This document shows, piece by piece, positions 18,735 to 29,010 of a stretch of DNA of 64,000 nucleotides. Below the pieces are notes generated by a model. The model searched no databases. It was not told the DNA's origin and was given only the letters and a program-made list of their open reading frames with translations. The stretch comes from Blautia sp. (GTDB lineage Bacteria > Bacillota > Clostridia > Lachnospirales > Lachnospiraceae). A program made the translations under genes and the position numbers. Each line of letters opens with the position of its first letter. Within the stretch, counting starts at the first letter, position 1. The stretch covers positions 2,493 to 66,492 of the forward strand of contig JARIAR010000015.1 of assembly GCA_029257805.1 (NCBI GenBank), in the 5' to 3' direction.

Positions 18735-20063
18735 TTATTCATATTCTTCTATAAGATCCACAATCATCTTTCCAACTTCATCTGGATCAGATCCCATTGC
18801 AATTCCCTGTAAAGCCTGACGAACAGTATTAATCATATGCGTAGCAGTATCGTAGTTTTCAATATCTCCACGTACATCCTTTGTTTCATCAATAATTGCA
18901 CTTGCCTCTTTACTGAGATAATTTCCGGCCTCTGTAGTAATTTCAAGGCACATAGGTGTAGGATATCCTTCTATAAAAGTATTTACAACCTCTTCACTTG
19001 TCATATATTTCAGGAAAAGAACAGACGCAGCAACCTCATCTGCATCTCCAGTATCAACTATATAGTAAGCCTCGTTTCCGCCCCCCATATCATGCAATTC
19101 ATATTCCTCATTTACATATGGCATGCGCATTGCATGAATCTTCTGATTATCATACAGTTCCTGCCCTGTCTTATCTTCTGCACAGTACCATGTTCCCATA
19201 AACAAGAAGGCTGCTTTTCCTGTATTAAAAAGAGAGCGTTCCTGTCCATCATCTATGCCCAGAAGGTTCGTTCCAAGATAACCTTTATCTGCTGCTTCTT
19301 TAATCATTTCATAAATAGCCTTCTGTTCCTCTCCATCATATGAAACTTCCCTTGTTCCAAGCAGCTCTGCCATATCACATCCATATGTCTTATAATTAAG
19401 CGCAGAATGAAGATGTCCAAAGCGATAATCATCTTTTTCACCCATTTCAAAAGGCTGCACTCCATTTTCTTTCAATGTTTCACACGCATTCATAAGATCA
19501 TCCCAACTCTTAATAGATACCGGATCTATTCCATTCTCATTGAGAATTTCTTCATTGTAGAAAAGCATAACCTGATATGCTGTATATGCAACTCCATAAC
19601 TTCCATCATACCCATAAGAAGTAAAATCTGTCAGGCTATTCCCTAAAGCATTGAATCTTTCTTTCCATTCCGGATACTGTGTGTAGTACGGCTCCATATC
19701 AACAATCAAATTCTGTTCAATATAACCAGCAACTCTGGAACCACCATATTCCTGAATAATATTCGGCATAGAGCTTTCATCTGACATCAAAACAGATTCT
19801 GAATTTAGCCATTCTGACTCTGTAGGAATATTAATACACTCAACTGTGATTTCTGGATACTTTTCCATGAATCCATCTACCATAGCCTGATACAAAGGTC
19901 CTGATACATCAGCTTCATCCCATCTTGTATGAATAGTAATCGTCACGTCATTAAATTCACGATTCTCCACATCACAATCAACTACCTCATCTGCAAAGAC
20001 TATACTTCCTGTAGAAGCAGTCATTGCAAGCGCTATCATAACAGCAATCAGTTTTTTCTTCAT
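18735..20063 (-). CDS. Extracellular solute-binding protein, family 1 (oligosaccharide)
   Basis: About 442 aa. Signal peptide MKKKLIAVMIALAMTASTGSIVFA with no lipobox Cys. AAAGGAG SD before ATG 20063. Confidence 0.85.
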   Translation of the reverse strand: MKKKLIAVMIALAMTASTGSIVFADEVVDCDVENREFNDVTITIHTRWDEADVSGPLYQAMVDGFMEKYPEITVECINIPTESEWLNSESVLMSDESSMPNIIQEYGGSRVAGYIEQNLIVDMEPYYTQYPEWKERFNALGNSLTDFTSYGYDGSYGVAYTAYQVMLFYNEEILNENGIDPVSIKSWDDLMNACETLKENGVQPFEMGEKDDYRFGHLHSALNYKTYGCDMAELLGTREVSYDGEEQKAIYEMIKEAADKGYLGTNLLGIDDGQERSLFNTGKAAFLFMGTWYCAEDKTGQELYDNQKIHAMRMPYVNEEYELHDMGGGNEAYYIVDTGDADEVAASVLFLKYMTSEEVVNTFIEGYPTPMCLEITTEAGNYLSKEASAIIDETKDVRGDIENYDTATHMINTVRQALQGIAMGSDPDEVGKMIVDLIEEYE

Positions 20064-20360
20064 TTCCTTATCTCCTTTCATCTAATATTAAACGTTTCGT
20101 TTTATTTGATAATCGAATTATACTCTCTTTTTGTTTATTTTGTCAATATTTACTGTTTTTCCTATATTTTTTCAGCATTTTGCTTAATATTATTCACTAT
20201 TTTTTGGTATTTTCAACTATAAACGTTTTGTTTTTCATGAAATAGATAGTTCAAAACGTATTTGTATTTATAATAATAAAATTGTAAATTCTGAATTTTT
20301 ATGATATTATAATAAAAAATCTATATATATTACAGATAAATTTCCATGAAAGGAATTTCC

Positions 20361-21419
20361 ATGAAGGTTACAATCAAAGATATAGCAAAAGATACAGGGC
20401 TTTCTACTGCTACTATTTCCAAATATCTAAACAATATAAAAATACAAGAAAACAACCGTATTCTTATAGAAGACTCAATTCAGCGATTAGGATATCACCC
20501 GAATCGTTCCGCCCAGATTCTCCGCTCAAAAAAAACACGAACTATTGGTATCCTCATTTCTAATTTAGGCAACTACTTCTGGGGACCTTTAATAGGGGCT
20601 ATATCTCATTATCTCACTGATCGTCAATATACCGTTGTTACTTGTTCTTACAATTTTGATAAAGAACGCGAAAAAACTGTGATTCAGGATATTATTTCAC
20701 AAAAATTTGAAGGCTTGATTATGTTACCCTCTGACGATCATGATCATTATTATCAGCTCCTGCAAAATGCCGGAATCCCGGTTGTTATTTTAGATCAATT
20801 TCCTGTTATGCGAAATAAATACCCTGTAGACTGTGTCCTTTCTGATAACTATGGCGGAAGCAAACTTTTGGCCGAACACCTCTTCCAAAATGGTCACTCA
20901 AATATTTGTATTTTAAATCATTCTGAAAATTCCTATACAGTATCTACCAGAATACAGGCAGTCTTTGACGTTTATAATGATCATGGAATCAACCTAAAAA
21001 AAAATATATCTTTTTGTGAGCCTATTTGTTTTTCAGAAACTCATTCATTTATTTCACAAAACAAACTACAATTTAAAAAAATTCTTGAAACACCCCACCC
21101 TCCTACAGCAGTTTTTTTTACAAATTATCTATCCGCAATGGGAGGACTGTCTGCAATCAATTCAGCTAAATTAAATATACCTTCTGATATATCACTTGTA
21201 TGTTTTGATAATGACCCTCTTTTCAGATCCATGCACACTTCAATGACCTGCGTTTCTCAAAATCTAACTGAAATGGGTATAAAATCTTGTGATCTTCTGT
21301 TACAGCGGATTTCTGGTAACTACAGTGATTTTCCTTCTACAGAAATCCTAAGCGTGCAGTTTCATCCCGGTAAATCTGTTCAAAATCTTCATACTTCTGA
21401 TTCTCTTAATAAGATATAA
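20361..21419 (+). CDS. LacI-family transcriptional regulator
   Basis: N-terminal HTH MKVTIKDIAKDTGLSTATISKYLN plus a periplasmic-binding-like effector domain. Divergent from the ABC/fucosidase operon. Confidence 0.85.
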   Translation: MKVTIKDIAKDTGLSTATISKYLNNIKIQENNRILIEDSIQRLGYHPNRSAQILRSKKTRTIGILISNLGNYFWGPLIGAISHYLTDRQYTVVTCSYNFDKEREKTVIQDIISQKFEGLIMLPSDDHDHYYQLLQNAGIPVVILDQFPVMRNKYPVDCVLSDNYGGSKLLAEHLFQNGHSNICILNHSENSYTVSTRIQAVFDVYNDHGINLKKNISFCEPICFSETHSFISQNKLQFKKILETPHPPTAVFFTNYLSAMGGLSAINSAKLNIPSDISLVCFDNDPLFRSMHTSMTCVSQNLTEMGIKSCDLLLQRISGNYSDFPSTEILSVQFHPGKSVQNLHTSDSLNKI

Positions 21420-21429
21420 ATATTTTTCT

Positions 21430-21474
21430 CAAACAAAAAGATCCTTTGTCAATTGACAAAGAATCTTTTGTTTG
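21430..21474. terminator. Bidirectional terminator between the two convergent LacI genes
   Basis: Near-perfect 22-bp inverted repeat CAAACAAAAAGATCCTTTGTCAA / TTGACAAAGAATCTTTTGTTTG. Confidence 0.6.
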
Positions 21475-21479
21475 AATTG

Positions 21480-22517
21480 TTATATTTTCTCATAATCATG
21501 AAGATTTCGAACAGAATCCCTATAAATACAGGAGGGCTTCAATCTTATTCTTTTAGGATAATCTTCCACATCTCCATTCATGCGCCGCAACAAAAGTTCA
21601 CATGCTGTATCAGCCAACTCCACTAACGGCTGACGAACAGAAGTAAGTTTTGGTCTTACCATATCAGAAAGTTCAAAATCATCAAATACAACTACGGATA
21701 ACTCTTCTGGAATTTTAATTCCTAAATCGTAAATTGCCTCCATAGCTCCCATACTCATATCATAATTTGTAGAAAAAACAGCCGTTGGTTTATCCTTAAG
21801 TTTCCACAACTCATGAATAGCTTGGAAACCTCCGCTATAATTATAATTTCCCTGCACAATATATTCTGGATGCACAGGTAATTCATAATCCTCCAATGCC
21901 CTAAAATAACCTCGCATTCTTTCTGCTGCTGTAAGCGAATTTTTACATCCCTCAATCACAGCAATTTTAGTATGACCATTTTTTATAAGATGCTCCGTTA
22001 TCTCATAAGCTCCGAAAGTACAGTTTGTCTGTACACAGTCTCCTTGTACTATCCCGCTGTTTTCCTCCAATGTCACCACTGGAACATTCAAATCATCCGG
22101 AAAAGTCAATGGTCCTCTCGAATTTCCCGGAATGCTGACAATCATACCATCTACTCCGTTCGCAATCATATACTCTATGTATTCTCTTGTCTTATCCAGA
22201 TTTTCTGCAAAACTAAAAAAAGAAACAAAATAACCACTATCACGAAGCTTTTTTTCTATTTCATCTAAAATTGCAGACGTATGAGGACTATTTACAATTC
22301 CATCAATCAATCCAACCCGATAAGTTTTACTTGTACGTAACCATCTAGCTGTATTGTTAGGAAAATAATTAAGTTTCTTTATCGCAGTTTCAATTAGATC
22401 CTGATTTTTTTTTCTAACATTCCCACCATTAATATATTTAGAAATTGTAGATATAGCCAGATTCGTTTCCCGGGCAACATCTTTTATAGTTGCTCCGGTA
22501 CTATCTTTCTTTTCCAT
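21480..22517 (-). CDS. LacI-family transcriptional regulator
   Basis: HTH ATIKDVARETNLAISTISKYING plus a sugar-binding-type domain. It starts 64 nt downstream of the purH-like gene on the same strand. Confidence 0.85.
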   Translation of the reverse strand: MEKKDSTGATIKDVARETNLAISTISKYINGGNVRKKNQDLIETAIKKLNYFPNNTARWLRTSKTYRVGLIDGIVNSPHTSAILDEIEKKLRDSGYFVSFFSFAENLDKTREYIEYMIANGVDGMIVSIPGNSRGPLTFPDDLNVPVVTLEENSGIVQGDCVQTNCTFGAYEITEHLIKNGHTKIAVIEGCKNSLTAAERMRGYFRALEDYELPVHPEYIVQGNYNYSGGFQAIHELWKLKDKPTAVFSTNYDMSMGAMEAIYDLGIKIPEELSVVVFDDFELSDMVRPKLTSVRQPLVELADTACELLLRRMNGDVEDYPKRIRLKPSCIYRDSVRNLHDYEKI

Positions 22518-22581
22518 ATTCGTTCCCCAATTAAAGTATTTCTATCAAACCAATTGCAACTGCGTAACACCTTATTGCATT

Positions 22582-23766
22582 TTAATGATGGAACAATCTA
22601 ATTCCGGTAAAGGCCATTGCCATACCATACTTATTGCAAGTTTCAATCACCGCATCATCACGAACGGAACCGCCGGGTTCTGCAATATATTTTACGCCAC
22701 TCTTATATGCTCTTTCAATGTTATCGCTAAATGGGAAAAATGCATCTGAACCAAGTGTCACATCCGTCATTTTATCCAGCCATGCACGTTTCTCTTCTCT
22801 TGTAAAGACTTCCGGTTTTTCTGTAAATGTTTTTTCCCAGGCTCCGTCTGCCAAAACATCCATATACTCTTCACCAATGTAAACATCAATGGCATTATCG
22901 CGCTCTGCACGTGTAATGCTGTCTTTAAATGGAAGATTCATCACTTTCGGACACTGACGAAGGAACCAATTATCTGCTTTCTGGCCTGCAAGTCTTGTAC
23001 AGTGTACACGTGACTGCTGTCCTGCACCAACGCCTATTGCCTGTCCGTCTTTTACAAAACATACAGAATTAGACTGTGTATATTTGAGAATAATAAGAGA
23101 AATTTTCATATCTCTCTTTGCTTCCTGAGAAAGTTCTTTATTTTCTGTTACGATATTGGAAATCAGTTCATCGTTAATGCACAATTCCTGACGTCCCTGC
23201 TCAAATGTAACACCAAATACTTCTTTATGTTCAAGAGCAGCCGGAACATAATCCGGATCAATTTCAATTACATTGTAATTTCCTTTTTTCTTCTGTTTCA
23301 GAATCTCCAGTGCCTCTTCTGTATAGCCTGGAGCAATTACCCCATCAGAAACTTCTCTTTTAATAAGAAGAGCCGTATCTTTATCACATACATCAGAAAG
23401 GGAAATGAAATCTCCAAAAGAAGACATTCTGTCTGCACCTCTTGCTCTTGCATAGGCACATGCAAGAGGAGAGAAATTTTTCCAATCCATATCGTCTACC
23501 CAGTAAATCTTTGCAAGCGTTTCCGTCAAAGGAAGTCCGATTGCTGCACCGGCCGGGGAAACATGTTTAAAAGAAGTTGCAGCAGGTACACCTGTTGCCT
23601 TTTTCAAATCCCGAACAAGCTGCCATCCATTAAAAGCATCCAGAAAATTAATATATCCCGGTCTTCCACTTAATACCTTAATAGGAAGCTCACTTCCATC
23701 TGCAACATAAATTTTAGATGGTTTCTGATTTGGATTACATCCATACTTTAATTCTAATTCTTTCAT
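22582..23766 (-). CDS. purH: AICAR transformylase (PurH C-terminal-domain type, stand-alone)
   Basis: 394 aa. KYGCNPNQ, SFKHVSPAGAA and GAGQQSRV motifs of the AICARFT domain. No MGS-like IMP cyclohydrolase domain. Confidence 0.85.
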   Translation of the reverse strand: MKELELKYGCNPNQKPSKIYVADGSELPIKVLSGRPGYINFLDAFNGWQLVRDLKKATGVPAATSFKHVSPAGAAIGLPLTETLAKIYWVDDMDWKNFSPLACAYARARGADRMSSFGDFISLSDVCDKDTALLIKREVSDGVIAPGYTEEALEILKQKKKGNYNVIEIDPDYVPAALEHKEVFGVTFEQGRQELCINDELISNIVTENKELSQEAKRDMKISLIILKYTQSNSVCFVKDGQAIGVGAGQQSRVHCTRLAGQKADNWFLRQCPKVMNLPFKDSITRAERDNAIDVYIGEEYMDVLADGAWEKTFTEKPEVFTREEKRAWLDKMTDVTLGSDAFFPFSDNIERAYKSGVKYIAEPGGSVRDDAVIETCNKYGMAMAFTGIRLFHH

Positions 23767-23777
23767 GATAAAACCTC

Positions 23778-24491
23778 CTATTTATTTTTATTTACTATTT
23801 TGCTTTCATATTTACCTGTTTCAATATCAATGTAACGAACAAAAAGAGAAACTTTATTGTCCGGATTCAGGCTGTTCCACAACATGTTTGTAAAAGCCTC
23901 CATATCATCCATCACTTCTACAAGTTTTGGTTCTCCTTCAAAACTTGGAAGAGGATTTCCATCACACATATATGTATGAATAAAACGGCCTTCTCCGGCA
24001 GCAGCATTCTCATATGCAAATGTATAGCGGTTACAGGAATCCGGGCATCCGTTATTACTTTTCAAAATGGACATTGCATAATTGAATTTGCCATTTTCCA
24101 CATGAAGGATACCAGAAATACGAGGTGTATAATTTGGCGCATCCGGCTCAAACTCTCTGCATCGTAAAGACTGCTCAAATGTGAGCTGGCGATCCATTCC
24201 TTCATAAATAGTATCTGTCTGATCACCATTTGTTACAATCGTCTTGTTTCCAAGTACACGTACCGGTGCATATATAATAAGACTGGGATCTGTTAATTTG
24301 GAAGGATCAAATGCCTGTGTGCGGATTCCCTCTCCTTCTTCTACAAAAACACGATTTCTGCTGTTTTCGCTTCTGCCCATGATGAAATAAGCTGTCACTG
24401 CTTTTTTGCCATCCGGTGTACGACCAATTACAATTCCTCTTCCCGGATAGGAATTCTCTTTTAATTCTTTTTCCAGTGATAACATTTTCAT
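23778..24491 (-). CDS. purO: IMP cyclohydrolase, PurO-like (archaeal type)
   Basis: 237 aa. The N-terminal YPGRGIVIGRTPDGK...AYFIMGRSENSRNR pattern is typical of the PurO-like family. It sits immediately upstream of the AICARFT gene. Confidence 0.75.
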   Translation of the reverse strand: MKMLSLEKELKENSYPGRGIVIGRTPDGKKAVTAYFIMGRSENSRNRVFVEEGEGIRTQAFDPSKLTDPSLIIYAPVRVLGNKTIVTNGDQTDTIYEGMDRQLTFEQSLRCREFEPDAPNYTPRISGILHVENGKFNYAMSILKSNNGCPDSCNRYTFAYENAAAGEGRFIHTYMCDGNPLPSFEGEPKLVEVMDDMEAFTNMLWNSLNPDNKVSLFVRYIDIETGKYESKIVNKNK

Positions 24492-24537
24492 AGATCTTTT
24501 CTCCTTTTCTTCTCAAAAAGTTTTTTATAATTAAGTA

Positions 24538-24655
24538 TAAAAAAAGCCTGGGAAGCCCTTCTTCCAGGCTGCCCAGGCGGTCGGCACGTGTATATACTGC
24601 ACTCCCTGTAGGTAACCCTACTTTCCGCCAGTCATGCAGTCACTATGCTTAGTGT
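24538..24655 (-). promoter_or_regulatory. ZTP (pfl-motif) riboswitch with intrinsic terminator
   Basis: The minus-strand RNA reads ...GUGACUGCAUGACUGGCGGAAAGUAGGGUUACCUACAGGGAGUGCAG...CACGUGCCGACCGCCUGGGCAGCCUGGAAGAAGGGCUUCCCAGGCUUUUUUU. The conserved GACUGGCG and CCGCCUGGGC blocks are present. The 3' block can alternatively pair (GCCUGGG/CCCAGGC) to form a U7 terminator. It lies upstream of the purO/purH genes. Confidence 0.8.
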
Positions 24656-24688
24656 ACAATACTTTTTATGAATTTTCAAGTAAAATTT

Positions 24689-26146
24689 TTATTTATCATC
24701 CACACTGTAATTTGGTGCTTCTTTTGTTATATGAATATCATGAGGATGTGACTCTTTCAAAGATGCAGCAGAAATTTTAACAAACTTGCCTGTTGTTTTT
24801 AATGCTTCAATATTTTCTGCACCACAGTATCCCATACCGGAACGAAGACCGCCCATTAACTGGAATACAGTATCTTCTACATGGCCTTTATATGCCACAC
24901 GTCCTTCTACACCTTCTGGAACAAGTTTTTTCGCATCCTGCTGGAAATAACGGTCTTTACTTCCATTTTCCATAGCAGCAATAGATCCCATACCACGATA
25001 CACTTTGTATTTTCTTCCCTGGTAAAGTTCAAATGTTCCCGGGCTTTCATCGCATCCGGCAAACATACTTCCCATCATACATACATTTGCACCTGCTGCA
25101 ATAGCTTTTGTAATATCACCGGAATATTTAATTCCACCATCTGCAATGATCGGAACTCCATAACGATTTGCCACTTCATAGCAATCCATGACGGCTGTTA
25201 TCTGTGGAACACCAATTCCTGCAACAACACGTGTTGTACAAATAGAACCAGGTCCGATTCCAACCTTAACTGCATCTACACCAGCTTCGATCAATGCTTT
25301 GGTAGCCTCTCCTGTTGCTACGTTTCCAGCAATAACCTGAAGTTCAGGATATGCAGCTTTAATTTCACGAACAGCTTTTAAAATATTTTCAGAATGTCCA
25401 TGTGCAGAGTCTACTACAATAACATCAACTGCTGCATTTACGAGAGCTTCTACACGAGCCAGAACATTAGCGGTAATTCCAACGGCACCACCGCAGAGGA
25501 GACGTCCCTGCTCGTCTTTTGCTGCTAATGGATATTTAATCTGTTTTTCAATATCCTTAATCGTAATAAGACCTTTTAAATTAAAGTTTTCATCTACAAT
25601 GGGTAATTTTTCTTTACGGGATTTTGCAAGAATCTTTTTTGCCTCTTCCAGAGTGATCCCTTCCTTTGCAGTGATCAATCCTTCAGAAGTCATGCATTCT
25701 TTGATTTTTCTTGAAAAATCAGTTTCGAATTTTAAATCACGATTGGTAATGATTCCTACCAGTTTTTTTCCTTCTGTGATCGGAACACCGGAGATTCGGA
25801 ATTTTGCCATTAAGTCATTCGCATCTCTTAACGTATGCTCTGGTGATAAATAAAACGGATCGGTGATGACTCCATTCTCAGAACGTTTTACCTTATCTAC
25901 CTCTTCTGCCTGCGCCTCAATCGTCATATTCTTGTGGATGATACCGATACCGCCCTGTCTGGCCATGGCAATTGCCATTCTGTGCTCCGTAACAGTGTCC
26001 ATTCCTGCACTCATCATAGGAATGTTTAATTTAATCTTCTTGGTTAAATAAGTTGTTACATCTACCTGATTTGGAATTACCTTTGAATATGCCGGAACTA
26101 ACAGGACGTCATCAAACGTAATGCCTTCACCGATGATAGTACCCAT
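24689..26146 (-). CDS. guaB: IMP dehydrogenase
   Basis: Starts [18 protein letters not shown]. Tandem CBS insert and catalytic [11 protein letters not shown] loop. GGGAGG SD before ATG 26146; the track start at 26200 is an over-extension. Confidence 0.95.
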   Translation of the reverse strand: MGTIIGEGITFDDVLLVPAYSKVIPNQVDVTTYLTKKIKLNIPMMSAGMDTVTEHRMAIAMARQGGIGIIHKNMTIEAQAEEVDKVKRSENGVITDPFYLSPEHTLRDANDLMAKFRISGVPITEGKKLVGIITNRDLKFETDFSRKIKECMTSEGLITAKEGITLEEAKKILAKSRKEKLPIVDENFNLKGLITIKDIEKQIKYPLAAKDEQGRLLCGGAVGITANVLARVEALVNAAVDVIVVDSAHGHSENILKAVREIKAAYPELQVIAGNVATGEATKALIEAGVDAVKVGIGPGSICTTRVVAGIGVPQITAVMDCYEVANRYGVPIIADGGIKYSGDITKAIAAGANVCMMGSMFAGCDESPGTFELYQGRKYKVYRGMGSIAAMENGSKDRYFQQDAKKLVPEGVEGRVAYKGHVEDTVFQLMGGLRSGMGYCGAENIEALKTTGKFVKISAASLKESHPHDIHITKEAPNYSVDDK

Positions 26147-26215
26147 TGCATTTCCTCCCTTATGTATATTTAATTTTGAATTTGTTCCATAGTGTAACAA
26201 AAATCCTTTTTTATG

Positions 26216-26719
26216 TCAATCCAAAAAAACTTTGCTGGGTGCTGAATTTTTCATAGCCTGAGCAAGAGCTTCATCTGGTTCCACAATGATTTTACAAGCC
26301 TCATTTCCATCTCTTGTAACAATCGCAAAGCGATTTCCATCCTCTTCTCCAGAAGAATAATCCAGCACTTTCATCTTTGTATTGCTGTTATAATAATCCA
26401 TTCTGTGAGATTTCAAGGGTGCCACAATGTCTACTTCTGAAAGATTAATGCTTTTTACTCTCTTTCTTTTTGACTGTGCCATAATCACATCAATGTCCAT
26501 TTCCCCATTTACAAATAAATATTCATATTCCAAATCTGTTCTTGGAACAAGGAAATAACATGCTACTCCTGCTGCTATCGCTCCCAGCAGAATCAGGGGA
26601 TGAAGAAACAGCCCTGCTATTACCAAAATAGCGGTCAGAGCAATCATCCCGTATTTTACAATCGTATCCTTGGCTGTTTTTTTTCTTTTTACTAACAGCT
26701 CCGTATATAAATCGCTCAT
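26216..26719 (-). CDS. Conserved hypothetical two-TM membrane protein
   Basis: About 167 aa from MSDLYTELLVKRKK (GAGGAGG SD). Two adjacent TM helices, then a soluble about 100-aa domain. I recognise no catalytic motif. Confidence 0.55.
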   Translation of the reverse strand: MSDLYTELLVKRKKTAKDTIVKYGMIALTAILVIAGLFLHPLILLGAIAAGVACYFLVPRTDLEYEYLFVNGEMDIDVIMAQSKRKRVKSINLSEVDIVAPLKSHRMDYYNSNTKMKVLDYSSGEEDGNRFAIVTRDGNEACKIIVEPDEALAQAMKNSAPSKVFLD

Positions 26720-26811
26720 AGTATCCTCCTCTTTTATTTGTATTTCAGTATAGCACAAAACAGGACCAACGTCTATGACGCTGGCCCCGTTAATTAAATA
26801 CTTTTATCTCA

Positions 26812-28452
<1,641 letters not shown>

Positions 28453-28469
28453 CTATTTTTATAAGGAAT

Positions 28470-28754
28470 TTATTTTACAATTGCTAAAATATCATTCTGT
28501 TTTACAATGATATATTCTTCGCCATCCATTTTTACTTCTGTTCCGGCATATTTTGAATAAATAACTTTATCTCCTGTTACCACTTCCATTTTTACTTCTT
28601 TACCATCTACCATGCCGCCAGGACCAACTGCAATTACTTCTGCCTGCTGTGGTTTTTCCTGTGCCTGTCCCGGAAGAACAATACCGGATTTTGTTGTTTC
28701 TTCTGCCTCTAACTGTTTTAATACAACTCTGTCACCCAATGGTACTAATTTCAT
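28470..28754 (-). CDS. groS: Co-chaperonin GroES
   Basis: 94 aa starting MKLVPLGDRVVLK. AGGAGG SD. The track start at 28799 is an over-extension that runs through the CIRCE element. Confidence 0.95.
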   Translation of the reverse strand: MKLVPLGDRVVLKQLEAEETTKSGIVLPGQAQEKPQQAEVIAVGPGGMVDGKEVKMEVVTGDKVIYSKYAGTEVKMDGEEYIIVKQNDILAIVK

Positions 28755-28788
28755 AATATAGTCCTCCTTTTGTTTAGACCTCGTCTTA

Positions 28789-28815
28789 CTAGCACTCACT
28801 AAATACGAGTGCTAA
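28789..28815 (-). promoter_or_regulatory. CIRCE operator (HrcA binding site)
   Basis: CTAGCACTC-N9-GAGTGCTAA versus consensus TTAGCACTC-N9-GAGTGCTAA. It sits between the predicted promoter and groES. Confidence 0.85.
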
Positions 28816-28826
28816 TCACTGTCCTT

Positions 28827-28855
28827 ATATTATTGAATTTCATTTTTTTCTGCAA
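28827..28855 (-). promoter_or_regulatory. SigA-type promoter of groES-groEL (TTGCAG-17-TAATAT)
   Basis: Read on the minus strand. The -10 ends 11 nt before CIRCE. Confidence 0.5.
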
Positions 28856-29010
28856 CCCTTTTCAATAATGTGTTTTATATTATATACTCTTGTTTTCTTA
28901 TATATTCTTTATTTTTCTCTTGTTTTCTTACTTTCATAAAAAATATTTTTTTCAAAAAAAGAACTGCCAGGACTTATTCCCGTCAGTTCTTTTTCATATA
29001 TTTCTCTCTG

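Noticed and set aside
13987-22581. Possible integrative island at tRNA-Gly
   Set aside because: There is no integrase, recombinase or excisionase gene. I found no copy of the tRNA 3' end (GGGTTCGAGCCCCGTCTATCGC) at the far boundary near 22518-22581. I kept only the weaker 'possibly accessory glycan locus' claim.
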